From NCBI RefSeq assembly GCF_009914755.1, contig NC_060936.1: a stretch of 64,000 bases of DNA; one strand, written 5' to 3'. The notes below the pieces were generated by a model that saw only the letters and a program-made list of their open reading frames with translations, did no database searches and was not told the origin of the DNA. How positions within the stretch are numbered: position 1 is the first letter of the stretch; each line of letters opens with the position of its first letter. Origin of the DNA: the human T2T-CHM13v2.0 reference genome, Homo sapiens. A program made the position numbers and the translations under genes. This document shows, one piece after another, positions 1-14,634 of this stretch.

Positions 1-97
1 AACCCGGGAGGCGGAGCTTGCAGTGAGCTGAGATCGCACCACTGCACTGCAGCCTGAGTGACAGAGCAAGACTCCATCTCAAAAAAAAAAAAAAAAA
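1..97 (+). mobile_element. AluY right arm (cut by window edge)
   Basis: gcggagcttgcagtgag diagnostic; A17 tail. Confidence 0.85.
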
Positions 98-1355
98 GGC
101 GGGGGGGGGGGGGGACTTCACTAAAAACAGTAGTGTGAAAATAGTGCCCAAACTATTCTCAATTTTTGGTTTTATAACAAGCTGGAGCACATATCTAAAA
201 CATAAATTCCTGGACCCCACTGCCAGGGCATTTTGATTTAACAGGTCTTAACTGGAGCCCAATGACCAGAATTTTTCCCAGAGGTCAGAAATTGGAAGAA
301 AAAAAAAATCCCAACTTAAAATTTAAATTACCAAAATGATATTAGCTAAAATGTTGTTGTGTCAGGCACCATACTAGGTACTCTGTATCAGCTATTTAAT
401 ATTTAATTTCAATTCTCACAAACAATATCATACTGTTCTCTCTGATGACGAAAACAAGTTCAAGGTCAACACAGTAAGTGGCAAAGCTGAAGTCTGTCAC
501 TCCAAAACTCTTACTTTCTATTCTTTAAGTTCTCAGTATATAACACTAGTATTCCCAGGATCCAGCAGAAATGACAACTCTATGGCCTAACCAGATCTAA
601 AAAAGAAAGTGAAATAATTACCTCCCTGTGTGACAAGGAGACACATAAGGAGACTCCAAGGGCTTGATGGGTCCAGAAACGGTATCACTGAAACATTTAG
701 TAATTTCTTGATTCCCCACTACCAATACTGCTGTATAGCCACAGGTAAAATTTTGATAATCAATGTCAGGACTCATCAGTGAAATATGATAATTTAATCA
801 TCCTGAGTAACTAAAATGCAACAAAGTGGTATGAATTAGTGATGTCCGGTAATAACTACTGCTTTCTGTCAAACACCTTAATACAGTCTGTCCACACTGA
901 AGAGCTTGAGTATCTCCTTCTAGAACAGCCACTGCCTATCCAGCATTCCTTCTCCTTTGAGGCACCGCTCCTCTCCAACACCAATCATGTTATTCTGTCT
1001 GCCACAGGAATGTGCAAGTGACACAGAGTCAACAAATCAGAGTTCCCCATCCCAAGTAACACTGACTGGTCCACAAACGGGCATGCAACCCAGGCAAGTC
1101 CAATGACAGCCTTTTCCTAGGATTTTGTATTTGAGATTAGAGAATAAAACCTGCAAGAACAGAAAAACCCCATGAACAAAGTTTTGTCTTTACTGGAAAA
1201 GACTCCCCAGTCCTTAAGGTCCTTTGAGCTGCCCTGCTATCTGCAGTTTTTCCTTCATTTCAAAAACTGTATAAGCCTATAAATATGTTTTGCTTGAGAT
1301 AGTTTTACTGAATTTTCATCAAAGACAACTAAGAATTCTATTACAAATTAAGTAA

Positions 1356-1597
1356 GGTAATCTAATGTACAGCCTGATGACTATAGTTAACAAAGTGTAC
1401 AGTATACCTAAAATGTGCTAAGACAGTAGATCTTTAGTGCTTTCACCACAAAAAAAAAAACCCTATGTGAAGTGATGATATTAACTAGCTTAACTGTGAT
1501 CATTTCTCAATGTATATGTATGTCAAACTATCAAGTTCTATGCCTTAAACATATAGTTTCTATTTATCAATTATACCCTACTAAAGCTAAAAAAATT
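1356..1597 (+). mobile_element. L1MA/MB-type 3' end fragment
   Basis: tctaatgtacagc...gactatagttaac...tcaattataccc...aaagct+A tail pattern. Confidence 0.7.
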
Positions 1598-2239
1598 TAA
1601 GTATTATCTACATTTTACAGGTGAGGAAATTAAAACACAGGCATGTGACACAATTTAGGCAAAGTCTCACAGCAACCAGAGCCAGAATACTGAGAACACG
1701 GGTTTATCTGACTACAAGACCCATGTATTTTCTGATTATTAAAATCATGGCTTCAAACAGAATACACTAACGGATAAGAGATTCCACTGAAAAACTGTTC
1801 CTTTCATTTTAAAGTTCTTACTTCAAGGACTCCAAGTCTTTTGTCGTCATGAAATTCTATACCATGAATAGTTTTTATAAGATCTGACCAATGGAACTTA
1901 CTGGGTACAAACCTAGATCCCGTGTTTAAAATAAAAAGAGAGAAATAGTTATAATCTTTCAAGTAAGATGTTATCAAAAAAGGCAAAAATGCAATAATAC
2001 CTAAGTACTACTGAAAAGAGGAAGCTGCTGGCTTGCCCCATAGCCCCATTGCCCACTGAGTCCACTATCTAAACTAGACCCTTATCTTTCTTTACAGAAA
2101 GAGCTCTTGTATAACACTCCAAGGATACAGTTTCTAATCCTCCTCCAACACTGATTTGCTTTGGATCTTGGCCAAATGATTTATACATGAAGAGGTTAGG
2201 GATTTCTATACCGTATCTCATGGTGGCCAAAAAAGTTAA

Positions 2240-2545
2240 TTTTTTTTTTTTTTTTTGAGACAGGATCTTGCTCTGTCACCCAGGTTGGATTACACTGGTG
2301 CAATCATAGCTCACTGTAGCCTTGAACTCCTGGGCTCAAGTGATCCTCCCACCTTAGCCTCCCAAAGTGCTGGGATTACAGGTGTGAAACACCACATTCA
2401 GTTAATTTTTTTTTAATTTTTTTATTTTTTGTAAAGATGGGTTGTTGACGAGGCTGGTGTCAAACTCCTGGCCTCCAGCAATCAATCATCCCCACTCAGC
2501 CTCCCCAAATTCTGGGATTACAGGCGTGAGCTACCGAGCGTTGCC
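2240..2545 (-). mobile_element. AluJ-like
   Basis: Diverged dimeric Alu. Confidence 0.85.
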
Positions 2546-3887
2546 AAAAGTTGATTTAATTCTATGACATTTCTATAAAGATGTTATAAATGACGATATA
2601 CAAAATAGAGTCCTGAGGTCTTAGTAATTTGCGTGATCTTAATCTAACCATAGAGTAAAACTTCACAATCCAACTTTTCCACGTTGTTCCCCTGCCCAAA
2701 TGGTTTCTTATGCGCGCAAATGTGGTGACATGCTGTTCTTCATCACATTTTTACAAAGAGAGATAAATACACCTATAGTTCTAACTTAGATGTACGCCTC
2801 ATTTAAAATAAAGAGTAATGCTACTCAAAGGACCTAAAAAAGTACAGTATTTCGGTTGACTCAATCCTGACACATAAAACTTAACGTTTCAGTAATGATT
2901 ATATTGGATGTTTATTAAAACTGAGGCTATTTTCGAAAATTTCAAATAATTTTATTAAAATTAGCTGGTCAAGCAAACAAAATTTGTAAATTTCTGTCAC
3001 AAAATAAAATATCTAAGACCAAGGCACTAAAAATGTGATGTTAACATCAGTCTAATTTCATTCAATATTTAATTAAAATGTTGCTTCCTTACAATTCTAC
3101 CCCATATAAAAATAATTCCTTTTCCATAATTGCAAATGCTTCACAATAACATACTAGGCCATAAACAGTTTAGCTTCAACCTGTCATTTTTCACGAGCTC
3201 ATTCAAGTCTTCAGTGACTGCTTTCTCCCAGGACAGACAACTGAGGGTCCTGATGTAGGAATTACCCTGACTGTAATCAAATCTCAGGGTAAAAACATGA
3301 CAAGTCCGCTTTCCACGCTGCTCCTCTGCCCAAACTTTCCCCTTTCATTCTGGGAATGACCATCGACTCTCAAAATGATGTTAAACAACAGCCCACAACT
3401 GATCTATACTCCCTCTTCCGACAAACCCTATACTTCTCTATATCAAAGCAGCATTTGCCAAGTCTTGGTAGGGAGCACTTCAGGTCATTCCCAGAGAGAT
3501 GCCCATACATAAGGTGGAAGTGTCCATGTTGCAAGGCAGTGCAAACGCTCAGATTTCAAGCATTCATAATGCGTTGACAGAAACATTTTTTTTCTATTTA
3601 AATCTCATGTTGATTCCCACTCTGGCAGTGATTACGTCCTAAGTCATTACGTCGCTTTTTAAATACCAATTTGTCAAGAAAGGTAACTCCATCCCATCCA
3701 ACAACAGACTTGAGCACGCCAAGTATCGCTCATTTTTCTTAATTTGCTCTAAGTTTCTTAATAAACTGAGTGTTTCCAAAAGAAAATTTCACAACCCGCA
3801 CAAATGCCATTTCCAAATTTAACTAACCATGGCTAATACTTAGAAGTGTAAGCGTTAACACAGGAAAATCAGCATGAGGGACAAAAT

Positions 3888-3920
3888 ACACACACATATA
3901 CACTCACACACACACACACA
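3888..3920. repeat. Interrupted (CA)n microsatellite
   Basis: acacacacatatacactcacacacacacacaca. Confidence 0.8.
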
Positions 3921-4327
3921 ATCCTTAAACACTGAACTAGGGCGCCAGCCTCATGTTTAAATATCTCAACTTGAACTCCACTGAAACAAGAGGAAATTCT
4001 CACTAGCCAGGCAGCAGTAAGGCTTTTGTGGACACCTCTTATTTTCAAAGAACCCTCTTTTTAAAAAGTTGAAAATTAATTTCTAACTGCTTTAAAGGGC
4101 GCATGACTGGGTCAAAAGATAAACACAGAAAGTGTAGGACACTCTCAGGCGGGAGCAGCGCAGGTTTAGCCCCGGCCGGAGGGGAAGGAGGGAAATGAGT
4201 GAGGGGTCAGAGACAGGAAGAAAGACGCGGGAGACGCGGCACCCACCGGCGAGCAGCCCGGGCTAGGCCGAGCCCGCGCCCAGCGCCCCGCGCCCGCCGC
4301 GTCCCCCACACCGGGAACTGCCCGTAC

Positions 4328-4548
4328 CTGTCCGACACGCCGGGATGCGCTGCGGGGCCCGCGACGCCGGCGCCTCTCACGGCGCCGCGTCCGCCGCCCG
4401 CGAGCCAGGAAGCCACCGCGGCCTGCGGCTTCCCGCCACCGCCGCCCGTTCCTTCTTCCAGGGACACGGCGAGCTGGCTGAAAGCGTAAAGGAGCGAGCA
4501 GAAGCCGCAGGCCACACACAGCACCACGACGCGCAGGTAGCGCCGCAT
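4328..4548 (-). CDS. GXYLT1: GXYLT1 coding exon 1 (aa 1-74; type II membrane signal-anchor plus Gly/Ala-rich stem)
   Basis: ATG at 4548 in GC-rich context (gggggcgATGC, G at -3). Translation MRRYLRVVVLCVACGFCSLLYAFSQLAVSLEEGTGGGGGKPQAAVASWLAGGGRGAVRGAGVAGPAAHPGVSDR matches the recalled GXYLT1 N-terminus. Ends at donor GACAG|GTACGG (GT at 4327-4326); 221 nt, phase 2. Confidence 0.95.
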
Positions 4549-4780
4549 CGCCCCGGCCGCGCTCCTCCTTCGCCGCCGCCGCCGCGCCCGCCCCGACGAA
4601 CTGGAGCGGAGGGAGGGGCACCGCGCAGCCGCGGGCGCAACAAGTTCCTCACCCGCAGCCGCCGCCGCCGCCTTGCGCCCGCTCCCTTCCTTCCCTCCCC
4701 GCCCACCACCTAGGCGAGCGCAGTCGCGGCTCCGGAGCCGAAGGACTACCCGCCCGGAAGCCTGGACACCGCCTCTGCCG
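4549..4780 (-). other. GXYLT1: GXYLT1 5'UTR (upstream limit approximate)
   Basis: GC-rich sequence upstream of the ATG with no upstream ATG; contains (GGC)4 and (GGC)5 tracts. TSS position inferred, not visible. Confidence 0.6.
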
Positions 4781-5489
4781 CCGCGCGCTCAAGGGTCAGC
4801 GGCAGCGACGCAACCCCGCCCCTCCCCCGGGCGGGAGGGCTGGACGCGCCGGCGCAGTTCGCGTGGGAGGGACGCAGGGCTGGCGCGCAGAGGGTGGTGT
4901 GAGTGCGCGGAACGCGGCGCGCCTGAGGGCTATAGCTAGCGCAGGCCGACGCGCAGGTGAATGGGAGCCCTGTGGGTCTCGACCGCCGAGAGAGGGGGAG
5001 CGAAAGCCTCAGGGCTCTGGAGGCAGTTGACCTAAATTCTAATTATGGTCCTTCCACATGGTAGTTTGTGACATTGGGCAACCTAAATTCTCTGAGCATG
5101 TTTCTTCGTCCCTAAAATGGAGCTACTATCCTCATCATGGGGTGGTTGTAAAGATTAAACTGTTTAACGCTCGAAAACCGCCTAACACTTAGAAGACACT
5201 TGACTAGGCCAGTTTCCTCTCCATCCTCCCCCAGCCTCTAAGTTTCTGTGATACTATAATGTGCACGAGCCATTTTCACCCCGATAAGCTCATTGCTTCG
5301 TGTGTTTGGTATGCGGACCTTACCTCTTGCCTCCCAGCAGACAGTGAGTTCCTGTAAGGCAGGGCTCTTCCCTTTGACCTTTTTGACCTCCCTCACAACT
5401 CATTATTTTCATGTGCAAAACAATTAGTATTCTCTCCACAGAGCTTCTTTCTTCCCCAGTTCTTCTCCCTCTTCTTCTGTGTTTCCACT

Positions 5490-6070
5490 ACGTTCATTCA
5501 TTGACCATTTATAAAGCATCACTTGTGCCAAGCTCTGTGTGAGTACCTAGGGGTATAAAGAGGCCTAAGTGGAGCGTGGGTGGGACAGCGGATACTTGTA
5601 AATAAGCGCAACGCAGTGATAACAGACTTAAGATCCAGGCCTGTAAGGGTGTGGGCATACACACAAAGGAACAATCAGTTCTATCTGTGAGTATGGTCAA
5701 GAGAGACTTCATAGCAAAGGTGGCGCTAGAGTCTTGAGTCGGGTAAGGGAAGTAATTCCAGGCTGAAGGATCAATAAACAGGCTCTTGTGTAGGGAACTG
5801 TTGAGAAGTTTGATACCACCAGCTAAGTGAATGCAAGAGAGGGTATGATGAGCGATAAGCGCGTAGAAGGGGCCAGATATTTGAGTGCTTTGTTTAGCAC
5901 ACCAAGGAGTTTGAATTTAATCTGCAAGACATTAGTGAACCATTGAAGGGTTTTTAAATAGGGAAGTAACATGATCACAATTGCATTTTAGAGAGCAGAT
6001 TCTGGCTGTAGTGTGGAGGCTGAAACAGAGAGAGGAGAGATTGGAGGCAGAAAGCAGCACCAGTGCCAAA
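5490..6070 (-). mobile_element. L2 fragment
   Basis: ttcattcatt 3' end and ccattgaagggtttt...aacatgatcacaattgcattttagagag motif. Confidence 0.65.
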
Positions 6071-7375
6071 AAGTGAGGGAAGGGATACTTAAAAATACAC
6101 ACACACACGAACACACATTCATGGGGAAAAATCATGCGTTTAACTGCTGAAATTGCATCTGGGGCGTTGAAAAGTTTGGCCATGAGATACAAGGTGGGGA
6201 AATGCTGCGCAAAATAGTAGCAGTCTCCATTTGGATCCTTGGCTCCCTATACCAAAAAAGTAGTGGTTCTGTGACCATGATAAAGTCACTAAACAAATTT
6301 AAGGTTCAACTTCCTCCCCTTCTTGCTTTACCTGATAAAAAATGAACATTAGCATGCTATCAAGATGTGTAAAGAGAATGAGAACATACATTTATGCATT
6401 CAATAAACATTTATTGAACATATTCTACATGCCAGACAAGGGGCTCTGATGCAGAGTATTCAGAAATAAAAGGAGTGTACTGCTCTCAAAGGGAAAACAG
6501 GCAAATAGAAACCACAAGTATACTAAATTAATACTTCCACTACACCTTACACTTCTTAGAGAAATGAAGATAAACTTAACGAAGTATCCAGAATGATAGG
6601 AAAAGCATTGATAAGAATGAAAATACCTTTTGAGAGAAAGCTGAAAGATATGGTACCAAGAAACTAGAGTAAGAGCTAGTACTCAAAAAATGTTTAATTT
6701 AAAAGATACTAACTATAACTCTTCTCTATTTCAACAAAGAAACTAAACGTAGTAATAATTAAGAATAACTCCTTGACCCACAGATGGTTAAAATAATGGA
6801 ATGGCAAAAAGAGAAGGCAAGCAGTTTTCATTTCTGCAACAATTTTATGAAAAGAGCAAATCAGGAAAAATAGCCACTCATTTATTGACGTCAGGGTACT
6901 GGACCATATCATCCTTTTAGGTTCCTTCTAATCCTGTAATTTTCTGTTGAAAAATTATATAAACCATTCCAAAAATAGAAATGATTTTTCTATTACTCAC
7001 ACATCATCTTAACTGGCTATCTTGGAGGAGCTGTGTGCATGCTGGCATCCCCTCTAATTATTAACCGGATTTACACGTTGCATTTTGATATTCCTAAAAT
7101 TAAGTTAATGAAAGCGCTTTAACATATTTGATGTCACAACAGTTAGGTGTTTCTTCCATGTACTGCGTGAAGGTATGTATTCCTAAATCTATTTTTTTCT
7201 CTCTATACCAGTCTCTTAATTCTCTAATGATAGACTGATATCCAAATTTTTAATCCATGTTGACCTTCATTCATCGTATCAAATAGGTAAATTTAGGTGG
7301 AGAAAAAGTAATTTAAAATTATCAATATTTGTTGTTTAGGAGATAGAGATCTCCATGATCTGGAAAATTCTCTGA

Positions 7376-7793
<418 letters not shown>

Positions 7794-8038
7794 CCCATTT
7801 TCATTTTTTTAAAATGTCTTCTCTAAATCAGTCTAGAGCAGATTTGGGGGCCTGCTCAGCATTTTCTTTACACTTCTACCTTAAGTACTTGATTCCTTAA
7901 AAAAAAAGACATGGAGAAAGTTAAATTCTACACCTTTTCAGAGTAAAATTCAAAAACTCTTTTTGCAGGAAAAAAAAAAAAACCTTTTTGCATGACTTCC
8001 ATTTTATAAAGGTCTATGCATAATGGAATTTAATCCTT

Positions 8039-8157
8039 GGCTGGGCACGGTGGCTCACACCTGTAATCCCCGCACTTTGGGAGGTGGAGCTGGGAGGATT
8101 GCTTGAGGCCAGGAGATCAAAAACAGCTTGGGTAATATAATGAGACCCCTCTTTCTA

Positions 8158-8189
<32 letters not shown>
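8039..8189 (+). mobile_element. FLAM/left monomer with A31 tail
   Basis: Single monomer; TSD aatttaatcctt / aatttaatcttt. Confidence 0.8.
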
Positions 8190-8193
<4 letters not shown>

Positions 8194-9028
8194 AATTTAA
8201 TCTTTATAGCATTCCTATGAAGTAGGAGATGTTATTCTATTCTAAAAAAAAAAACAAAAAAAACAAAAAAAACAAAAAAAACACGAGCCTGATAGAGATG
8301 TGACCACAGATAGCAAGAAAAATTTAAAAATAAAAACAATCCCCCCCCAAAAAAAGCAAACAGCCTGAAATTCAGAAATGTTCATTTACCACATGGTTAA
8401 TAATAAGATCCAAAATTCAGATAGAAATCCTCTAAGATTTCTATTTCTTGTTCTTTTCCATTACGCCATGCTATCTCACTAGGAACAAATAAGCACTAAA
8501 TGGAGTGGTACAAATTCAAATTGAAAGCAAAAAGGGAACCAATGTTATATGAAAATCTTTCAGACTGATCTTAGAGTCTAAAACAACATTTACAATCAGT
8601 GAAATGCAAGTCAGATTAGTAGCAGAGCACAAAGAATCAGAAACTCAGGCTAAAAGTAAAATTCATTCTCTCCGCTAGTGGGCTTCTAGTATATTTCCCC
8701 ATTTTCCACAGTCCAATTCCTAGAGACTTTGTTGGACTGGAGGAAAAGTTGGAAAATAATGTTTAGTTTGCACAAAAATCTCATTTTATGTGTTCATTCA
8801 GACCAGTAACTGTAGGGAAAGAGTCAGAGGAAGGATGAAAGAGTAAAGTGATGCTCTTCATTCTTAAAAACACGTTGCTACAGGCCACAAGAGTAGAAAA
8901 AGAAGTAGTGAAAGATTAAAAAATAAATAAATAATTTAAACTGAAAAAAGAAAAGCGGTGGAAAACTAATTAATGAGGATGCCTTAACCTCCTATATGAT
9001 ACCAGAATTTCGCTGACATTTCCATCTA

Positions 9029-9907
<879 letters not shown>

Positions 9908-9959
9908 AAAACACCCGTATGCAAATTCTTGTCATCAGCCAAGTCTCATAATTATAATA

Positions 9960-10210
9960 TTAAAGAACAGACCTACTATTTGATAGCACAACAGGGTGAC
10001 CATAGCATAATGGTACATTTTAAAAATAACCAAAACTGTATGTAATTGAATCGTTTGTAACACAGAGGATAAATGCTTGAAGGAATGGATACCCTATTCT
10101 CCATGATGTGATTATTTTGCATTGCCTGCCTTTATCAAAACATCTCATGTACCCTATAAATATATACACATACTATGTACCCCCAAACAAATTTTTTAAA
10201 CTTTTAAAAG
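9960..10210 (+). mobile_element. L1MA-type 3' end fragment
   Basis: Homologous to 13260-13470 (ggataaatgcttga...catctcatgtaccc...aaatatatacac). Confidence 0.8.
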
Positions 10211-10221
10211 GAAATAAGCAA

Positions 10222-10285
10222 AGAAAGCAAGGAAGGAAGGGAGGGAGGGAGGGAGGAAGGAAGGGAGGAAAGAAAGAAAGAAAAG
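10222..10285. repeat. (GGAA/GGGA/GAAA)n purine tract
   Basis: Directly visible; follows an L1 tail. Confidence 0.8.
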
Positions 10286-10620
10286 GTTTCAAGACTCTTC
10301 TGACCCAGGTTCCCAAACATTGAAGACTGAAAATAATTAAGAATTCTGATACTATCACACTTCTGTCTGATGCTTGGCTGAACTCATAATTCTTATTGTT
10401 CCCTCATATTCCTTTCTATACAGAAATTACATCACTAGGTAATCCTGTTATGTTTGGTTTCCTTTATTTTTACATTTATATATTTTATTTTTAATAAAGT
10501 AAAAATTCTTTTTTGCTCTCTTTTCCAATTAAGTGAAAGTGTTCCTTAAATTATTTATCTTATTCTTTGCTAGAAAACATAGGCTTTTTTAAAAATTTTG
10601 CCTTATTAAAGGCCAAAAAA

Positions 10621-10912
<292 letters not shown>

Positions 10913-10990
10913 TCAGGCCTAAGGTCAGATCACTGCTCTTTTCTTCTGGGAACTCAACCTACTTTCTTTTTAAAAGTGCATTCACCACCA

Positions 10991-13475
10991 CCCACTTTCA
11001 CCACTGTTATTCAACATACTACTGGAAGTCCTAGCTAGAGCAATCAGACAAGAGAAATAAATAAAGGGCATCCAAATTGGAACAGAAGTTGAATTATCCT
11101 TGTTTGCAGATAATTATAATCTTACATTTGGAAAAAACCTAAGGACTCCACCAAAAAACTATTAGAACTGATAAACAAATTCAGTAAAGTTTCAGGATAA
11201 AAAATCAACATACAAAAATCAGTAGCATTTCTATATGCCAAAAGTGAACAATCTGAAAAATAACAAAAGTAATCCCAATTAAAAGAGCCACAAATAAAAT
11301 TAAATATCTAGGAATTAAAGAAGTGAAGGATCTCTACAATGAAAACTATAAAACATTGATGAAAGAAATTTAGAGGACACAAAAAAAATGGAGAGATTCC
11401 ATTTTGATGGATTAGAAGAATCATATTGTTAAAATGTTCATACTTACCTACCCAAAGCAATATACAGATTCAATGCTATCTCTATCAGAATACCAATGAC
11501 ATTCTCCACAGAAATAGAAATAACAATCCTAAAATTTATATGGAATCACAAAAGACACAGAATAGCCAAAGCTATCCTAATAAGCAAAAAGAACAAAACT
11601 AGAGGAATCACATTACCTGACTTCAAATTGTACTACAGAGCTATAGTAACCAAAATAGCATAGTAATGGCATAAAAACAGATACATAGACCAAGGAAATA
11701 GAACCCAGAGGCCAGGCGCAGTGGCTCACACCTGTAATCCCAGCACTTTGGGAGACCAAGGCAGGTGGATACTTGAGGCCAGGAGTTAGAGACCAACCTG
11801 GCCAACATGACGCAACCCATCTCTACTAAAAATAAAAAATTAGCTGGGTGTGGTGGTGCACACCTGTAATCCCAGCTACTCAGGAGGCTGAGGCACGAGA
11901 ATTCTTGAACCCAGGAGGTAGAGGTTGCAGTGAGCCAAGATTGCACCACTGTACTCCCGCCTGGGTGACACAGTGAGATTCTGTCTCCAAAAAAAAAAAA
12001 AAAAAAAGAATAGAAAAGAAAAGAGAATCCAGAAACAAGTCCACACAGCTACAATGAATTCATTTTTGACAAAGGTGCCAACAATATACAATGGGAAAAG
12101 ACAATCTCTTCAATAAATGGTGCTGGGAAAACTGGATATCCATATGCATAAGAATGAAACTAGACCCCTATCTCTCACCGTATACAGAAATCCAATCAAA
12201 CTGGATTAAAGACTTAACTCTAAGACCTCAAACTATGAAATTACTAAAAGAAAACATTGGGGAAAATCTCCAGGACCTTGGTCTTGGCAAAAATTTCTTG
12301 AGTAACACCCCAAAAGCACAGGCAACCAAAGCAAAAATGGACAAATGGAATCATATCAAGTTGAAAAGCTTCTGCACAGCAAAGGAAACAACAACATGAG
12401 GAAACCCACAGAATTGGAGAAAATATTTGCAAACTACCCCTCTGACCAGGGATTCATAACCAGAATATATAAGGAGCTCAAGCAACACTCTGTAGGAAAA
12501 AAAAATCTAATAATCCAATCAAAATATGGGCCAAATGTTTGAATAGACATTTCTCAAAAGAAGATGTACAAATGGCAAACAGGCATATGAAAAGGTGCTC
12601 AAGATCACTGATCATCAGAGAAATGCAAATCAAAACTACAATGAGATATCATCTCACCCCAGTTAAAATGACTTTTATCCAAAAAACAGGCAATAACAAA
12701 TGCTGGCAAGGATGTGGAGAAAAGGGAATCCTTGTACATTGTTGGTGGGAATGTAAATTAGTACAACCACTATGGAGAACAGGTTGGAGGTTCCTCAAAA
12801 AAAAAACTAAAAATTGAGCTACCATAGTATCCAGCAATCCCATTGCTGGGTATATACCCAAAAGAAAGGAAATCAGTATATTGAAGAGATATCTGCACTC
12901 TGGTGTTTATTACAGCACTGTTTACAATAGCTAAGATTTGGGAGCAAAGTAAATGTCCATCAACAGATGACTGGATAAAGAAAATGTGGTACATACAAAC
13001 AATGGAGTACTACTCACCCATAAAAAACATGAGTTCCAGTCATTTGCAACAACATGGATGGAACTGGAGATGATTATGTTAAGTGAAATAAGCCGGGGTC
13101 AGAAAGACAAAAATCCCATGTTCTCACTTATTTGTGGGATCTAAAAATTAAAACAGTTAAACTCATGGAGACAGATAGTAGAAGGATGGTTACTAGAGGC
13201 TGGGAAGGGTAGATGGTGGGGGTGGTGAGGATAGTTAATGAGTACAAAAAAATAGAATGAATAAGACCTTCTATTTGATAACATAATTGTACATTTAAAA
13301 ATAACTAAAAGAGTATAATTGGATTGTCAGTAACACAAAGGATAAATGCTTGAGGAGATGGATACTCCAATCTCCATGATGTGATTATTATGCATTACAT
13401 GTCTGTATCAAAACATCTCATGTACCCTGTAAATATATACACCTATGTACCCACAGAAATTAAAAATTAAAAAAC
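10991..13475 (+). mobile_element. 5'-truncated L1 (L1MA1-3-like), ORF2 3' part and 3'UTR, interrupted by an Alu
   Basis: ORF2 remnants ([31 protein letters not shown]; [21 protein letters not shown]...[13 protein letters not shown]) and an L1MA-type 3' end; degenerate TSD aaaagtgcattcacc / aaaatgtgttcacc. Confidence 0.9.
11710..12007 (+). mobile_element. AluS inserted into the L1
   Basis: Full dimer; flanks agaacccaga / agaatccaga. Confidence 0.9.
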
Positions 13476-13747
13476 AAAATGTGTTCACCGTCATTTTCTT
13501 TGTCCTTTAGAAGTCTTCTCCCAAACTAGTTTTATAACCTTCCAACTCTTCCCATTCTTGCTGACTCCAAAAGTAAACACAGGACCATTTTATTGTTGGA
13601 TTATGAATTAAAAGAGGATAATGAAAATAATATCCATTTAGTTTCTGAATTTTCTTGCTAAAAGATTTATTAGAAAAATGATGATGAGGTGGTAGCTTTC
13701 ATCCAAACTCCCTTCTTCCAGGTAGGTCAGCCGATTTAAATCTAGAT

Positions 13748-13957
13748 GTAATCTAAAGACCTACTAAAACTGTATGTATTATTTCCACTCCTCAGGAATT
13801 CCAGATGGGGAGGTATGTATCTCACTGGATCCTTGCCCCAAATAGTTCCCCTAGGAGTTTATTCTTACAACTTGAAATAAGGAAGATTTTTTTTTTAAAT
13901 ACTATTTGGCCTGATTTACACTAGATATTTGTGGCCATTTATAAAAACAAAAGAAAA
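13748..13957 (+). repeat. Inverted duplication 1, arm A
   Basis: About 90% identical by hand alignment to the reverse complement of 16002-16205. Confidence 0.93.
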
Positions 13958-14040
13958 ACAAGTAGATAAAAATCAAACTCTGGAAAAATACAAAAAAGAT
14001 CAAGAATAAGAAATTAGATTAAAATAGAAAAAGAGCCACC

Positions 14041-14170
14041 ACCAGCCTCCATGGCTCACACCTATAATCCCAATACTTTAGGAGGCCAACTCGAGAGGAT
14101 GGCTTGAGCCCAGGAGTTCAAGACCAGCCTGGGCAATGTTGTGAAACCCAATATTTATAAAAAATACGAA
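14041..14170 (+). mobile_element. FLAM-like monomer
   Basis: Left-monomer sequence only. Confidence 0.75.
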
Positions 14171-14289
14171 AAGAAGAAGAAAAAATTATATTTCACAATT
14201 TATTATTTGTCATGATGTGAAGCTTGAATCTTTATATTAAATCTTTTCCTCTGATTAAAAAAAAGACTAAAAAGTTAGAATGCAGATAA

Positions 14290-14634
<345 letters not shown>

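Larger units (their letters stand above)
1..4327 (-). other. GXYLT1: GXYLT1 intron 1 (5' part; continues beyond the window start)
   Basis: Follows the exon 1 donor; no further GXYLT1 coding sequence recognisable in 1-4327. Confidence 0.85.
4140..5010. promoter_or_regulatory. CpG-island promoter of GXYLT1
   Basis: Abrupt rise in GC and CpG density. GC box CCCCGCCCC at 4814-4822, ETS-like CCGGAAG at 4754-4760 preceded by GGACTAC, and several GCGC-rich NRF1-like motifs at ~4880-4960. Confidence 0.9.

Noticed and set aside
183-205. gagcacatatctaaaa resembling the U6 snRNA 5' region
   Set aside because: Match too short and does not extend; adjacent sequence looks MER5-like.
3631-3653. Two ATTACGTC motifs 15 bp apart in GXYLT1 intron 1
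   Set aside because: Imperfect bZIP-like sites with no independent support.
4207-4327. C-terminal part of the 113-aa ORF (YGQFPVWG...)
   Set aside because: Lies past the GXYLT1 exon 1 donor; intronic read-through.
4166-4939. Several 88-151 aa Arg/Pro/Ala-rich ORFs on both strands
   Set aside because: Expected stop-codon scarcity in a CpG island; only the frame starting at ATG 4548 matches a known protein and has a matching splice donor.
12091-12994. L1 ORF2-like ORFs
   Set aside because: Fragments of a 5'-truncated, frameshifted L1; not an active element.
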